Notes: generated by a model from the sequence alone, not told the origin. Shown: positions 28,762-37,862, counted from the stretch's first letter. The stretch is DNA of 64,000 nt from an uncultured Oscillospiraceae bacterium (GCA_949295415.1 CASFLA010000052.1:25911-89910); one strand, 5' to 3'. Numbers and translations: made by a program.

Positions 28762-30000
28762 ATGAAAAAAATTATCAAATCATTTTTTTGGAGCCTAACC
28801 GTCGCGTCTGCGGCGGTTTTTGCTATGATAGCCTACCTTGATACCTCACTTTACGAGAATTATTATATTGAGCAAAACGAAGCTTTAAGCTTCGATGGCA
28901 AAGATTATCTTGTTTGCTCAAATGAACGTTCAAAAAGCTCGGAGGTTAATATTGGCTCAGATAGCGGAGTTGGCTCTAAAAATGTAACCGTATCGCTTTT
29001 CGGGGTTATACCTGTTAAAAGGGTTCAGGTTACTGTTACTAAAACCGATGAGGTTTTGGTTTTAGGTCTTCCTTTTGGACTTAAAGTTTATTCCGAGGGC
29101 GCAATGGTGGTTGGCTTTAATGATGTTGACACCCATAACGGCAGTATCAATCCTGCAGTTAATGCCGGGTTAAAATCGGGCGATATAATAACCTATATAA
29201 ACGGCGAATATGTTGAATCAAGCGAGGATATAAGAACTGCGATTTTAGAAAGCGGCGGAAAAACACTTACACTCAAGGTTAAACGTGATGATAGGGAATT
29301 GACATTAAAAATTACACCAAAACAGTCGGCTTTAGATGGCAAGTATAAAGCGGGAATGTGGCTGAGGGATAGCACCGCGGGCATTGGAACGCTTACCTTT
29401 TATAACCCGAGTCTTGATATAGTTGCAGGCTTGGGCCATGGTATATGCGACAGCGATACAGGGATGCTTATTCCTGCAGAAAGCGGACAATTCGTTGGTG
29501 CAGAAATAGTTGGCATAAAAAAATCCACAGCAGATGAAACAGGCGAGCTTCATGGCATTTTTTCAGGCGGGCAAATGGCGGATATGAGTAAAAATTCAAT
29601 AACCGGCGTTTATGGCGTGAACTGTCATAATATTTCGGGTGATGTTACTGCAAAGATTGCCTTAAAACAGGAGATAAAGATAGGAAAAGCGCAAATTCTA
29701 TGCACCTTGGATGATAAGGAACCTAAATACTATGATTGCGTTATAGAAAAAGCATTTACTAGTGACGCGAGCGCAGTTAAAAATATGATTATCAAGGTTA
29801 CCGATAAGGATTTAATCGCAAAAACGGGCGGAATAGTGCAGGGGATGTCGGGTAGCCCCATACTGCAAAACGGAAAACTTATCGGCGCTGTTACTCACGT
29901 TTTTGTCGATGACTCAACCAAGGGTTACGCAATATTTGCGGAGAATATGCTCAATACCGCGCAAAGCATATACAATGAAGAACTAAAGGCAGCATCATAA
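28762..30000 (+). CDS. spoIVB: SpoIVB peptidase (S55)
   Basis: TM anchor, PDZ (AGLKSGDIITYINGE), and catalytic blocks GIGTLTFY, GHGI and GMSGSPIL. Confidence 0.9.
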   Translation: MKKIIKSFFWSLTVASAAVFAMIAYLDTSLYENYYIEQNEALSFDGKDYLVCSNERSKSSEVNIGSDSGVGSKNVTVSLFGVIPVKRVQVTVTKTDEVLVLGLPFGLKVYSEGAMVVGFNDVDTHNGSINPAVNAGLKSGDIITYINGEYVESSEDIRTAILESGGKTLTLKVKRDDRELTLKITPKQSALDGKYKAGMWLRDSTAGIGTLTFYNPSLDIVAGLGHGICDSDTGMLIPAESGQFVGAEIVGIKKSTADETGELHGIFSGGQMADMSKNSITGVYGVNCHNISGDVTAKIALKQEIKIGKAQILCTLDDKEPKYYDCVIEKAFTSDASAVKNMIIKVTDKDLIAKTGGIVQGMSGSPILQNGKLIGAVTHVFVDDSTKGYAIFAENMLNTAQSIYNEELKAAS

Positions 30001-30111
30001 ATGCCCACGTCCCTATGGGGCGTGGGCGAAATAAGCTCCCTTTTTTAAGGGCGCTTGGCAAATGCTACGCAAGAACAATAAAGAAGTATATTGAAAGCGT
30101 TGAATAAATAT

Positions 30112-30141
30112 AAAAAAGGAGGGTTTTACCCCTCCTTTTTT
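30112..30141. terminator. bidirectional terminator (A6, stem ggaggg/ccctcc, T6)
   Basis: aaaaaaggagggttttacccctcctttttt abuts the stop of the minus-strand phosphorylase gene. Confidence 0.75.
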
Positions 30142-32434
30142 AATACTTTACTAAAACATCGCAGGTTGCGCTGTCACTCTTAATTAGATTATTCTCTTGC
30201 TTTTCGCCGTCTAAATAAATTCCTTTGTCAGTCGTTGTTCTTTGGAATCTGATATTATACTTTGTGCCGCGGTATATTTTTGTAATGCTGTAACTGTTCC
30301 AATCGCTTGGAACATGTGGCTCGATTAAAAGCCCGTTATACTGCGCTTTAACACCTAAAATCTGCTCAAAAACACCGTGGATAAGCCAGGCGGGAGTTGC
30401 AGTAAACCAAGCAAAAAGATTCATACCAAAGCGCTCATTGTTCGGACCGTAATAAACATTGCCGATCGAATAAGGCTCGCTTGTTCTGCAAAGGTCTGAA
30501 TTATCGGGGTGGTTTGGAATGGCTCTTCTGAAAGTATCAACCGCAAGATCGTAATCGCCCGTTGCAACATCGGCAAAAACCTTGAATGCCGCGCCGTGAT
30601 TATAAACTGCGCTGTTTGCAAAGGTGCCGGGAGCCTGATTCTGCAATCTGCCGCAACGCTCGCCGTGGAAAACAAAGGGCGGGTAATTAAGAAGAGGACC
30701 AAACGGAGTTTGCAGATAAATTGAAATTGAGCGCTTGATTTTCTCTATTTTTTCTTCGCTATCAATTATGCCTGAAAAGAGAGCCCAGGTCTGAACATTG
30801 AGGAATATTTTGCCCTCCAAATTCTTATGAGAACCAATTGGCTCGCCGTCCTCAAAAAACGCGTATGTAAACCAGTTTCCGTCCCAGGCAACGCGGTTAA
30901 AGATTTCTTTCAGGTCATCAGAGCGTGAGCGCATCAGATGAGCTTTCTCTTCATCGCCGATTTCGTTATAAAGCTCGAGCATAATGTTCTGCGCATAGAA
31001 GGTTGCAACAGTTACCCAAGCTGATGTTGCATCATCGCCGTATTTGTTTATGCCGCCGAGGCCGTCAAGCCAATCGCCGTCACGAACGCGGATGAGTCCA
31101 TTTTTGCCGCGGTTTTCATAGAGATATGAAAGCGCTCTGAAAATATGGTCCTCAAGCGATGAGGTTTCATTACTATCTAAAAAGGTAAGGGGTTTATCCA
31201 AAATCGAGAAGTCGCCCGTCTCCTTAATATAGGCAGAAACGGCATTAGGCGCCCAGATAGGCGAATCGGAAAAATCGCGAACATCCAGCTCATCGTTAAC
31301 TTTGGAAAATTGCCTTGGGCATCTGCCGTCAGCATACATTTTTGATAGCGTTAAAACTATCTTTTCCTTGGCTTTTTCTGCATCAACCAAGCAATAACCC
31401 CAGGAATCCTGCAAGGCATCGCGGTAGCCGATAAGCCTACCGCCGCGGTCAAATCTGTAGGTCAAATAAAGGTTGTTTTTAAGCCAATAATTTGCAAAGT
31501 TTTCCATAACCTTATCGGGTAGGGAGCAGATATTATTTTGGAAAATTTTGTCCCACTTTGCTTTTACTCTGCAAAGTTCCTTTTGGTTTGTTTCCGCATT
31601 AAGGCAGGCTTCGGCAAGTTTCTGCTCATCTATGCTATCGCAAGCGGCGGACACAACAAACCAGTTATATGCCTCGCCCTTTTTAAGCGAAATTGTGTTA
31701 GCCAAAGAAACTCTTTTATAGTTAACCTCGGTTTTGACGAAAATTGTATCAGGAATATCCTCCTCGGTTATTTTTAAAACCTCATTTGCCGCAAAAATAC
31801 CCGTTATATTGTGCGCTAAGGCGGTTATTTTGTTTTTCCCAATGCTTGTTTCGAGGGTGGGGAGGGTTTTATCAATACCAGCAAGCCAAAATCCCCAATC
31901 CTGCCTCGCAAAGAGTGATACGGTAGCATCCTTTTCGGAGAGAAGCTTTATATCCCAGCATTCGCAGGGCGCTTCTTCTGGCACAAACATAGTCAGTTCG
32001 ATTTTAATTCCGTCGATTTCGCCTTTATAAACGGCAGTTCCTGGGGAAACGGTTAAGGAATAGTTTTCCGACTCTAAGAAGAAATCAAAAACCTTGCCGC
32101 CGTCAACCGAAATATCGAGAAAACGCCTGCCGTTAGGAACTCTTATTATGTAGTTTCCGCCTTTTTCGAGCAGTTTTGTGACCCTAACGCCGCTTATATG
32201 GCGAAGCAAACCGCTTCCGATATTTGAAACGCAGGAAAAAACCTTATCGTTGCAAAGATATTGAAGCCAAGGGCGTGGTGTGTCGCGGCGGGTAATAGTA
32301 TAGGACCTGCCGTCATCCGCAAAAAAACCGAACTTATCGGTCTTGTTATAGTAATCTTCCAACGGCAGATTATTGTGCTTAACATCGGGAGTGTAAACTT
32401 TGTTTTCTAAAATACCCAAAGAACTCGCCTCCAA
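30140..32434 (-). CDS. GH94-like glycoside phosphorylase (cellobiose/chitobiose phosphorylase superfamily)
   Basis: 764 aa. Blocks YRDALQDSWG, GDWLDGLG and ANSAVYNHGAAF resemble the (alpha/alpha)6 catalytic-domain motifs of GH94. Specificity is not inferable. Confidence 0.65.
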   Translation of the reverse strand: MEASSLGILENKVYTPDVKHNNLPLEDYYNKTDKFGFFADDGRSYTITRRDTPRPWLQYLCNDKVFSCVSNIGSGLLRHISGVRVTKLLEKGGNYIIRVPNGRRFLDISVDGGKVFDFFLESENYSLTVSPGTAVYKGEIDGIKIELTMFVPEEAPCECWDIKLLSEKDATVSLFARQDWGFWLAGIDKTLPTLETSIGKNKITALAHNITGIFAANEVLKITEEDIPDTIFVKTEVNYKRVSLANTISLKKGEAYNWFVVSAACDSIDEQKLAEACLNAETNQKELCRVKAKWDKIFQNNICSLPDKVMENFANYWLKNNLYLTYRFDRGGRLIGYRDALQDSWGYCLVDAEKAKEKIVLTLSKMYADGRCPRQFSKVNDELDVRDFSDSPIWAPNAVSAYIKETGDFSILDKPLTFLDSNETSSLEDHIFRALSYLYENRGKNGLIRVRDGDWLDGLGGINKYGDDATSAWVTVATFYAQNIMLELYNEIGDEEKAHLMRSRSDDLKEIFNRVAWDGNWFTYAFFEDGEPIGSHKNLEGKIFLNVQTWALFSGIIDSEEKIEKIKRSISIYLQTPFGPLLNYPPFVFHGERCGRLQNQAPGTFANSAVYNHGAAFKVFADVATGDYDLAVDTFRRAIPNHPDNSDLCRTSEPYSIGNVYYGPNNERFGMNLFAWFTATPAWLIHGVFEQILGVKAQYNGLLIEPHVPSDWNSYSITKIYRGTKYNIRFQRTTTDKGIYLDGEKQENNLIKSDSATCDVLVKY

Positions 32435-32619
32435 AACAGTTTATAAGCATATGTTAACTTATTTGATTTTAAAACACTACATATATCTTCAGATAATATT
32501 CCAATTTTTCAGGTTAATCTTATATTTTTGCATCGCGAGTGCCTGATTTTAAAAAAATTTATTTTTTATTAAAATATATTAAGCAAAATATGGTATAATT
32601 GTAATGTAAAGTATGCGAG

Positions 32620-33603
32620 GTGATTGTTTTGAATAATAAAAAACGGAATGCGCTCATTATCGGTGCGGCTGTTGGGGCTGGTTTGGCTTCCTTAGCTGCG
32701 GTATCATATTCGATTACCAAAACTTTAATGAAGGTTGCACTTGACCGCGAAGTGCCCAGGGGTATTGAGAGGGGAAGAAATCGCCTTATGGGCTCGGGCG
32801 AGATTGCCGAGGTTTTACCCATTTTGGAAGATGCGGGTAAGGAATTGGAAGCCTTGAACCTTGAGCAAATCACTATAACCGCCCCTGACGGCGTTTCACT
32901 TGTTGGCCATTATTATGATTGCCCTGATGCCAAACGCGTTATTATCGCTATGCACGGCTGGCGCTCAAGCTGGGCGAACGATTTTGGGATTATCTCAAAA
33001 TTCTGGCATAATAACGGTTGCAGTGTTTTATATTGTGAGCAACGCGGTCAGGGAAACAGCGGCGGAGAATATATGGGATTTGGCGTGCTCGAGCAGTTTG
33101 ACTGCCTTAAATGGATAGAATATATAAACGAAAGATTTGGCGGTTCTTTGCCGATTTACTTAGGAGGCGTTTCAATGGGCGCTTCAACCGTTCTGTTTGC
33201 ATCGGGCAATGATTTGCCGAAGAGTGTTAAAGGTATTGTTGCTGATTGCGGTTTTAATTCGCCCCATGGCATATGGAAGTATGTTACCGAGAATAATTTA
33301 AAACTGCCTTATGCGCTTTATAAGACGGTTGCAAACAAGATTTATCTTTCAAAAACTCAGGTTGATATTAACACCGTTTCCTGCACCGATGCGCTTAAAA
33401 ACTGCAAGGTACCTGTGTTGTTTATTCATGGAACCGATGATAAATTTGTTCCCATTACTATGACCTATGAAAACTATAAAGCCTGCGCTTCAAAAAAGAG
33501 ACTTTTTGTTGTTCCCGGCGCTGACCATGGAATGAGTTATCTTGTTGATAGAGAGGGATATGAAGCTGAGGTCAAGGCATTCTGGGCGGAAAATGATAAA
33601 TAA
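32620..33603 (+). CDS. membrane-anchored alpha/beta hydrolase
   Basis: Nucleophile elbow GVSMGAS, HGW oxyanion region, late D and H (GADHG). N-terminal TM helix. The true start may be the TTG at 32629. Confidence 0.8.
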   Translation: MIVLNNKKRNALIIGAAVGAGLASLAAVSYSITKTLMKVALDREVPRGIERGRNRLMGSGEIAEVLPILEDAGKELEALNLEQITITAPDGVSLVGHYYDCPDAKRVIIAMHGWRSSWANDFGIISKFWHNNGCSVLYCEQRGQGNSGGEYMGFGVLEQFDCLKWIEYINERFGGSLPIYLGGVSMGASTVLFASGNDLPKSVKGIVADCGFNSPHGIWKYVTENNLKLPYALYKTVANKIYLSKTQVDINTVSCTDALKNCKVPVLFIHGTDDKFVPITMTYENYKACASKKRLFVVPGADHGMSYLVDREGYEAEVKAFWAENDK

Positions 33604-33604
33604 A

Positions 33605-33641
33605 AATAACACCGTTTGGTCTTTATCCAAACGGTGTTATT
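33605..33641. terminator. bidirectional hairpin terminator overlapping the fkbM-like stop codon
   Basis: Stem aataacaccgtttgg / ccaaacggtgttatt. Confidence 0.7.
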
Positions 33642-34677
33642 TCTTGAATATATAATATGTATCCCAGCAGGGAATATAGGGATAATGGCGGATAAACATT
33701 TTATAATCAGGGTTTAGTGATAAAACGAGTTTTGGAATTTCGAATAAATCCTCGCTTCTGTGGTATGCCGAAATATAAAGGGTTGGACTACATTTTTTAA
33801 TCGTTTCTGCGCCCGATAAAATAGCTTCTGCCTCGGCACCTTCAACATCGAATTTTATAAAATCGGGAGCGCCAAAATCGTCAGCAAGCTTATCTATTGA
33901 AACCGATTTTATAGTTTCCTTTCCGTTTCCTATTGATTGATTTCTACCCGATTTGCCCGAAAAAGAAACCTCTCCGTTTTCTTTAGAAACGGCGGCATTG
34001 AGTGGGATAATCTTAGTAGCTTTTCCTGCTAAGCTTTCTAATTTTCGAAAATTTTTCAACGCCGGCTCAACCGCAATTATTTTTGATAAATTAGGTTGCA
34101 GCATTAAAAACTGCTCGGCGGTATCGCCGATATATGCGCCAAGGTCAAAAATAACTGCGTTTTTCTTAATATCAACTAAGGTATTAAAAGTTTCGTTCTC
34201 GCTATCCTCGGCCGCCTTTAAGGCTAAGAATGAACCGCTTAATTTAAACTCGACAATACTTTTAAAAGCCTCACTTGAGCGAACATCGGAAAAACGGCTT
34301 AAAATGCTATTATAAGCTTCTTCGTGCGCCTTGAAATATGCTTTATCAAAAACAGTTTCGCCAAAAACGGGAACATCAACAATATAAAGTTCCTGTTCGT
34401 TGGCTATTCTTTCGATATTGTTTAAAACCTCGGGTCTTTTAGTTCCGAATGCAGTAAGAACGATAAACTGACCGAACAGCTCTTTGGCTCTGCTATAGGT
34501 TATAACCTCGAAGTTATGAAACCTTTGACCGCGCACAAAGTCATCACTCGCAAAAACTCCCTTAATGCTAACTCTATCAGCTTCAAGGCGGGATATTATT
34601 TTATCTGCTCCGTTGCCCATTCCGTATAAAAGAATAGGTTTTTCGGTTGTTTTAAGATATTCCCATAAAAACTGCAT
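33637..34677 (-). CDS. FkbM-family methyltransferase
   Basis: FDLGAYIGD SAM motif, IIAVEP, and IKFDVEGAEAEAL-type C-terminal block. Confidence 0.8.
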   Translation of the reverse strand: MQFLWEYLKTTEKPILLYGMGNGADKIISRLEADRVSIKGVFASDDFVRGQRFHNFEVITYSRAKELFGQFIVLTAFGTKRPEVLNNIERIANEQELYIVDVPVFGETVFDKAYFKAHEEAYNSILSRFSDVRSSEAFKSIVEFKLSGSFLALKAAEDSENETFNTLVDIKKNAVIFDLGAYIGDTAEQFLMLQPNLSKIIAVEPALKNFRKLESLAGKATKIIPLNAAVSKENGEVSFSGKSGRNQSIGNGKETIKSVSIDKLADDFGAPDFIKFDVEGAEAEAILSGAETIKKCSPTLYISAYHRSEDLFEIPKLVLSLNPDYKMFIRHYPYIPCWDTYYIFKK

Positions 34678-34700
34678 TTTATCACCTCGGTTTTAATCAT

Positions 34701-34806
34701 AATGGAAAAGGACAGACAAAACAATTCTGTTTCGCCGCAAACAAGCCGCTTAAAAAGTGGCTTGCCGAAACGCTTAAAAAGCGTTTCAACTAACTACAAT
34801 CATTAT
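34701..34806 (-). repeat. copy B of the ~105-nt three-hairpin element (candidate 5' leader RNA of the FkbM gene)
   Basis: Its reverse complement aligns with 17056-17159. Preceded on the minus strand by TTGTTT-17-TATAAT (34833-34805). Runs into the SD GAGGTG and the ATG at 34677. Confidence 0.6.
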
Positions 34807-34851
34807 TATATTATAAAGAGCCGATTTAAACAAGCGAAATGCTGATTTTTG

Positions 34852-34880
34852 TTGAAATCGGCGGTTAGGTGTGCTATAAT
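34852..34880 (+). promoter_or_regulatory. sigma-A promoter with extended -10 (TTGAAA-17-TGcTATAAT)
   Basis: TTGAAA at 34852-34857 and TATAAT at 34875-34880, preceded by TGc. Confidence 0.6.
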
Positions 34881-34913
34881 CTGCTTGAAATCAACTGTTG
34901 TCAGAGGTGCTTT

Positions 34914-35558
34914 ATGAAACATTCAACTCTAAAAATTATCGATAATATGGTTACTGCGTATCCTGCGCTTAATAATAACAGGTCTGCGGTTACTGATGCA
35001 GTCCGGTTCCTTTGCGAAACCTATAAAAATGGCGGCAAGCTGCTTATCTGCGGCAACGGTGGAAGTGCTTCGGATGCTTTGCATATTGTTGGCGAGCTGA
35101 TGAAGGATTTTTGCATTGTGCGTCCTTTGGGCGATGAAATAAAGAGCAAAATTGCCGCGGTAAGTGAAAACGCAGAATATATATGCTCAAATTTGCAGGT
35201 TTCTTTGCCGGCGGTTGCGCTTGTTGGTTCTGCGGCTATAGAAACCGCCTTTGCTAATGACCGCGCGCCTGACCTTTGCTTTGCACAACAGGTTATGGGT
35301 CTTGGAAATAAGGGCGATATTTTGCTCGGCATTTCAACATCGGGTAATTCCAAAAATGTTATCTATGCCTTGGAGGTTGCAAAAGCAAAAGGTCTCAAGA
35401 CTATTGCTTTAACCGGCAAGGGCGGAGGCAAAATGGCAACCAAATGTGATGTTTTGATAGATGCCCCCGAAACCGAAACCTATAAGGTTCAGGAATTGCA
35501 TTTGCCGATATACCATGCAATATGTCTTGCAGTTGAAAACGAATTTTTCGGAGAATAA
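34914..35558 (+). CDS. gmhA: SIS-domain sedoheptulose-7-phosphate isomerase-like protein
   Basis: GNGGSASDALHIVGEL and ISTSGNSKNV blocks. The Met at 34914 has an SD; the track start at 34869 is probably too early. Confidence 0.75.
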   Translation: MKHSTLKIIDNMVTAYPALNNNRSAVTDAVRFLCETYKNGGKLLICGNGGSASDALHIVGELMKDFCIVRPLGDEIKSKIAAVSENAEYICSNLQVSLPAVALVGSAAIETAFANDRAPDLCFAQQVMGLGNKGDILLGISTSGNSKNVIYALEVAKAKGLKTIALTGKGGGKMATKCDVLIDAPETETYKVQELHLPIYHAICLAVENEFFGE

Positions 35559-35572
35559 AAAAAGACCTGAAG

Positions 35573-35614
35573 AAGGGAGACACTTCGTAAAGAAGTGTTC
35601 TCCCTTGGTTTTCG
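35573..35614 (+). terminator. rho-independent terminator of the gmhA-like gene
   Basis: Stem aagggagacacttc / gaagtgt(t)ctccctt followed by ggttttcgtt. Confidence 0.7.
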
Positions 35615-35620
35615 TTACAC

Positions 35621-35679
35621 AACAAAAATAATAGCCCACCTGAACGGTGAACTATTATTGTGGCGGAGAGAAGGGGATT
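35621..35679. repeat. left 59-bp direct repeat (duplicate of the tRNA-Ser 3' end plus its terminator)
   Basis: 58/59 identical to 38014-38072. The single mismatch is at 35650. Confidence 0.92.
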
Positions 35680-35712
35680 TTTAAAGAAAATGCCAAAGAG
35701 AATAAAATCAGC

Positions 35713-35925
35713 TTAATTTATGCAAGTAAAGCGCTTAAACACCTTGCCGTCTCTTTCTATCGTTTCGTTCCACAGCGAAGCAGGGCGAACCCAAAGCGTG
35801 CCGCCATCATAAAGCGCTTTATAGATTACCATCGGCTCGAGGGTTTCGGAATTTTTGGCAATGCCGATAACCTCATATTCATTTCCTTTAAAATGGCGAT
35901 ACCGCCCTAATTTAATCTCTTCCAT
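35713..35925 (-). CDS. DUF1653 domain protein
   Basis: 70 aa. Pattern GRYRHFKGNEYEVIGIAKNSETLEPMVIYKALY...WVRP is typical of DUF1653. GGAGG SD. 21 nt after the upstream gene. Confidence 0.75.
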   Translation of the reverse strand: MEEIKLGRYRHFKGNEYEVIGIAKNSETLEPMVIYKALYDGGTLWVRPASLWNETIERDGKVFKRFTCIN

Positions 35926-35946
35926 AGTTTGCCTCCAAAACTTAAA

Positions 35947-36711
35947 TTAAGCCAGGATAGTGTTTAATATTGTTAGGATATCGGTATTATGATTTCTGCT
36001 TAACATACCGAATATTTTAAGCATTTCAATAAACACTTTAATATTTTCTGAATTGATTTTAAACTCTGCCATTTCTTTTGTTTTGGCAGTTCTGCCAAGG
36101 AGTTGTTCTGAATTTTCCAATTCTGTTATAGGAAAGCAGAAATAGAGCATAGGTTGCACACCTATCGCATATTGCTTTTCTTTTATGATTATTTCGGTTA
36201 CCACTTCAAAATTGCCGAATTTATGAACAAGCATAGGGTATTCAACCTGTGTGCGCAAAAACTTTAATCCGTTCAATTCGGTTTCAACGAAATTTGTTCG
36301 CCTTATTGCTAATTGAGGATGTGTTATGGAATTGTCGAAGAAATTACTGTCATTAAGTGATGTAAGGTAGTTTTTAACATTTAACAGCTCTTCCTGGGTG
36401 ATAGTTCCCCAATCGTAAAAATACTTTATGTATTCTGAAAGCTCATATAATGCTTTTTCTTTGCCGTTAGCGCCTGTAAAACGAATACTCGGCATAGTGG
36501 TTCTGCTGAGCTTTTCAGTATCTGCTGTTATTACGTCGTATCCTATTTGCCACTCCACATAACAGTTTTGAGCAAAGGGTTCGCTTCTGGTTGAAACGGG
36601 CACGCCGTATTCATTCAAAATACTTCTGCGCTTAATTCTTGTTTTTTCAGTGCCTTTGGTTAGGGGAATAGCAACCTTTAATTCATTATCTTTTATACTA
36701 CTAATAAACAT
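35947..36711 (-). CDS. hypothetical 254-aa protein, methyltransferase-linked (candidate restriction endonuclease or other effector)
   Basis: GGAGGG SD, 32 nt downstream of the MTase stop, same strand. I could not recognise any family. Confidence 0.6.
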   Translation of the reverse strand: MFISSIKDNELKVAIPLTKGTEKTRIKRRSILNEYGVPVSTRSEPFAQNCYVEWQIGYDVITADTEKLSRTTMPSIRFTGANGKEKALYELSEYIKYFYDWGTITQEELLNVKNYLTSLNDSNFFDNSITHPQLAIRRTNFVETELNGLKFLRTQVEYPMLVHKFGNFEVVTEIIIKEKQYAIGVQPMLYFCFPITELENSEQLLGRTAKTKEMAEFKINSENIKVFIEMLKIFGMLSRNHNTDILTILNTILA

Positions 36712-36743
36712 AGATTCCCTCCGTTAGTTACTTTGGTAAAAGC

Positions 36744-37862
36744 TCATTTACTGAATAATTGTGCAAAATAATTATCTATCAAAGCATAGTTGTTGTTATG
36801 AGTATATTTAATACCTTTGTTTTTAAGCCAAGGGTATCTTTCGATACTGTTGGTTATAAAAACATCTTTTATGGGTTTGAACTTCTCGTTGTCTATAAAC
36901 ACATCAATATTGCCGTAATAATAAGGAAGTTTTTCTATATATCGCTTAAAAACATCAACATAACAATAATATTCAAACTTTCTTTTATCGACTATGATAG
37001 CGTTAGGCCCGTATTCCTCAATAAAGGTTCTACTACGGTTTAACGCGTTTATATCACGCATGGTGAAAAACAAAATATCATTTTCTTTGGGCTGGTCATA
37101 TTTTGACGGATATTTTGAAATGTAATTCTTTATTGAGTCATAATCAATACGGAATGTTTTGCCATCGATAGTTTTAAAGACTGTGTTCAAAATTTCATTG
37201 TAGGGCATTCCTTTTGAATCCCTTTTATATAATGCTATTATAATCGGGAACCCTTTCGTTTTAGATGTAAAACTAAAGCTTTGACTGTTTATAATCGAAT
37301 GGTCAATCAATGAATAATTACTATAAAATGGTTTTAGCAAATTGTAATTTGCTTTTTTAATCATGTATGAAAGGGGATGTAAAACAGCAACGTAATCAGC
37401 TTTAAGTTTATTGAATGAAAGCATAAAAGATATGCCGAGGTCTCTGGTTTTCAAATCGGGATCTACTGCACAGGGCTTTTGACTTTTCAAATCACTTTTA
37501 ACCCTTGAGGTTGTATCATTATAAGGGGGGTTGCCGATAATAATTATTTTGCTGTCTGATTGCAAGTTCACTGATTCTCTTGAGAAACCGGATAAAGTAT
37601 TGAGGCAATAATAATCACTTCTTTTATCATTCATGGTTGCAACTTCGATTGCTTTTGCATCAATATCGCATCCTATAGTTTTCAAATTTTCAAGCACTCG
37701 CAGAAATGAACCATAACCACATGATGAATCAATGTAAACATAATCGTCATAATTGGAGATGTTATGCTTAATTTTATCTATCAGATTTTCAACAAAAGCT
37801 TCGGGTGTATAAAAACAGCCAAAGTTCGTCATTTCTTTATATGTAAGGTGGTTTTGAGGCAT
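36744..37862 (-). CDS. gamma-class (TaqI/Eco57I-like) N6-adenine DNA methyltransferase
   Basis: Motif X FYTPEAFV, motif I DSSCGYGSFL, and motif IV IIIGNPPYND, in that order. AAGGAG SD favours the ATG at 37862 over 37871. Confidence 0.85.
   Translation of the reverse strand: MPQNHLTYKEMTNFGCFYTPEAFVENLIDKIKHNISNYDDYVYIDSSCGYGSFLRVLENLKTIGCDIDAKAIEVATMNDKRSDYYCLNTLSGFSRESVNLQSDSKIIIIGNPPYNDTTSRVKSDLKSQKPCAVDPDLKTRDLGISFMLSFNKLKADYVAVLHPLSYMIKKANYNLLKPFYSNYSLIDHSIINSQSFSFTSKTKGFPIIIALYKRDSKGMPYNEILNTVFKTIDGKTFRIDYDSIKNYISKYPSKYDQPKENDILFFTMRDINALNRSRTFIEEYGPNAIIVDKRKFEYYCYVDVFKRYIEKLPYYYGNIDVFIDNEKFKPIKDVFITNSIERYPWLKNKGIKYTHNNNYALIDNYFAQLFSK

Noticed and set aside
30028-30100. Possible third, degenerate copy of the hairpin module (aagctcccttttttaagggcgcttggcaa... 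tgaaagcgttgaa), resembling parts of the 17056 and 34701 elements.
   Set aside because: Similarity is limited to short hairpin-like pieces in a different order. It cannot be distinguished from generic terminator-like hairpins between convergent genes.
35647-35910. 87-aa plus-strand ORF in the island.
   Set aside because: It is antisense to the DUF1653 gene, which has a recognisable domain pattern and an SD. The plus-strand ORF starts inside the left direct repeat (a tRNA fragment).
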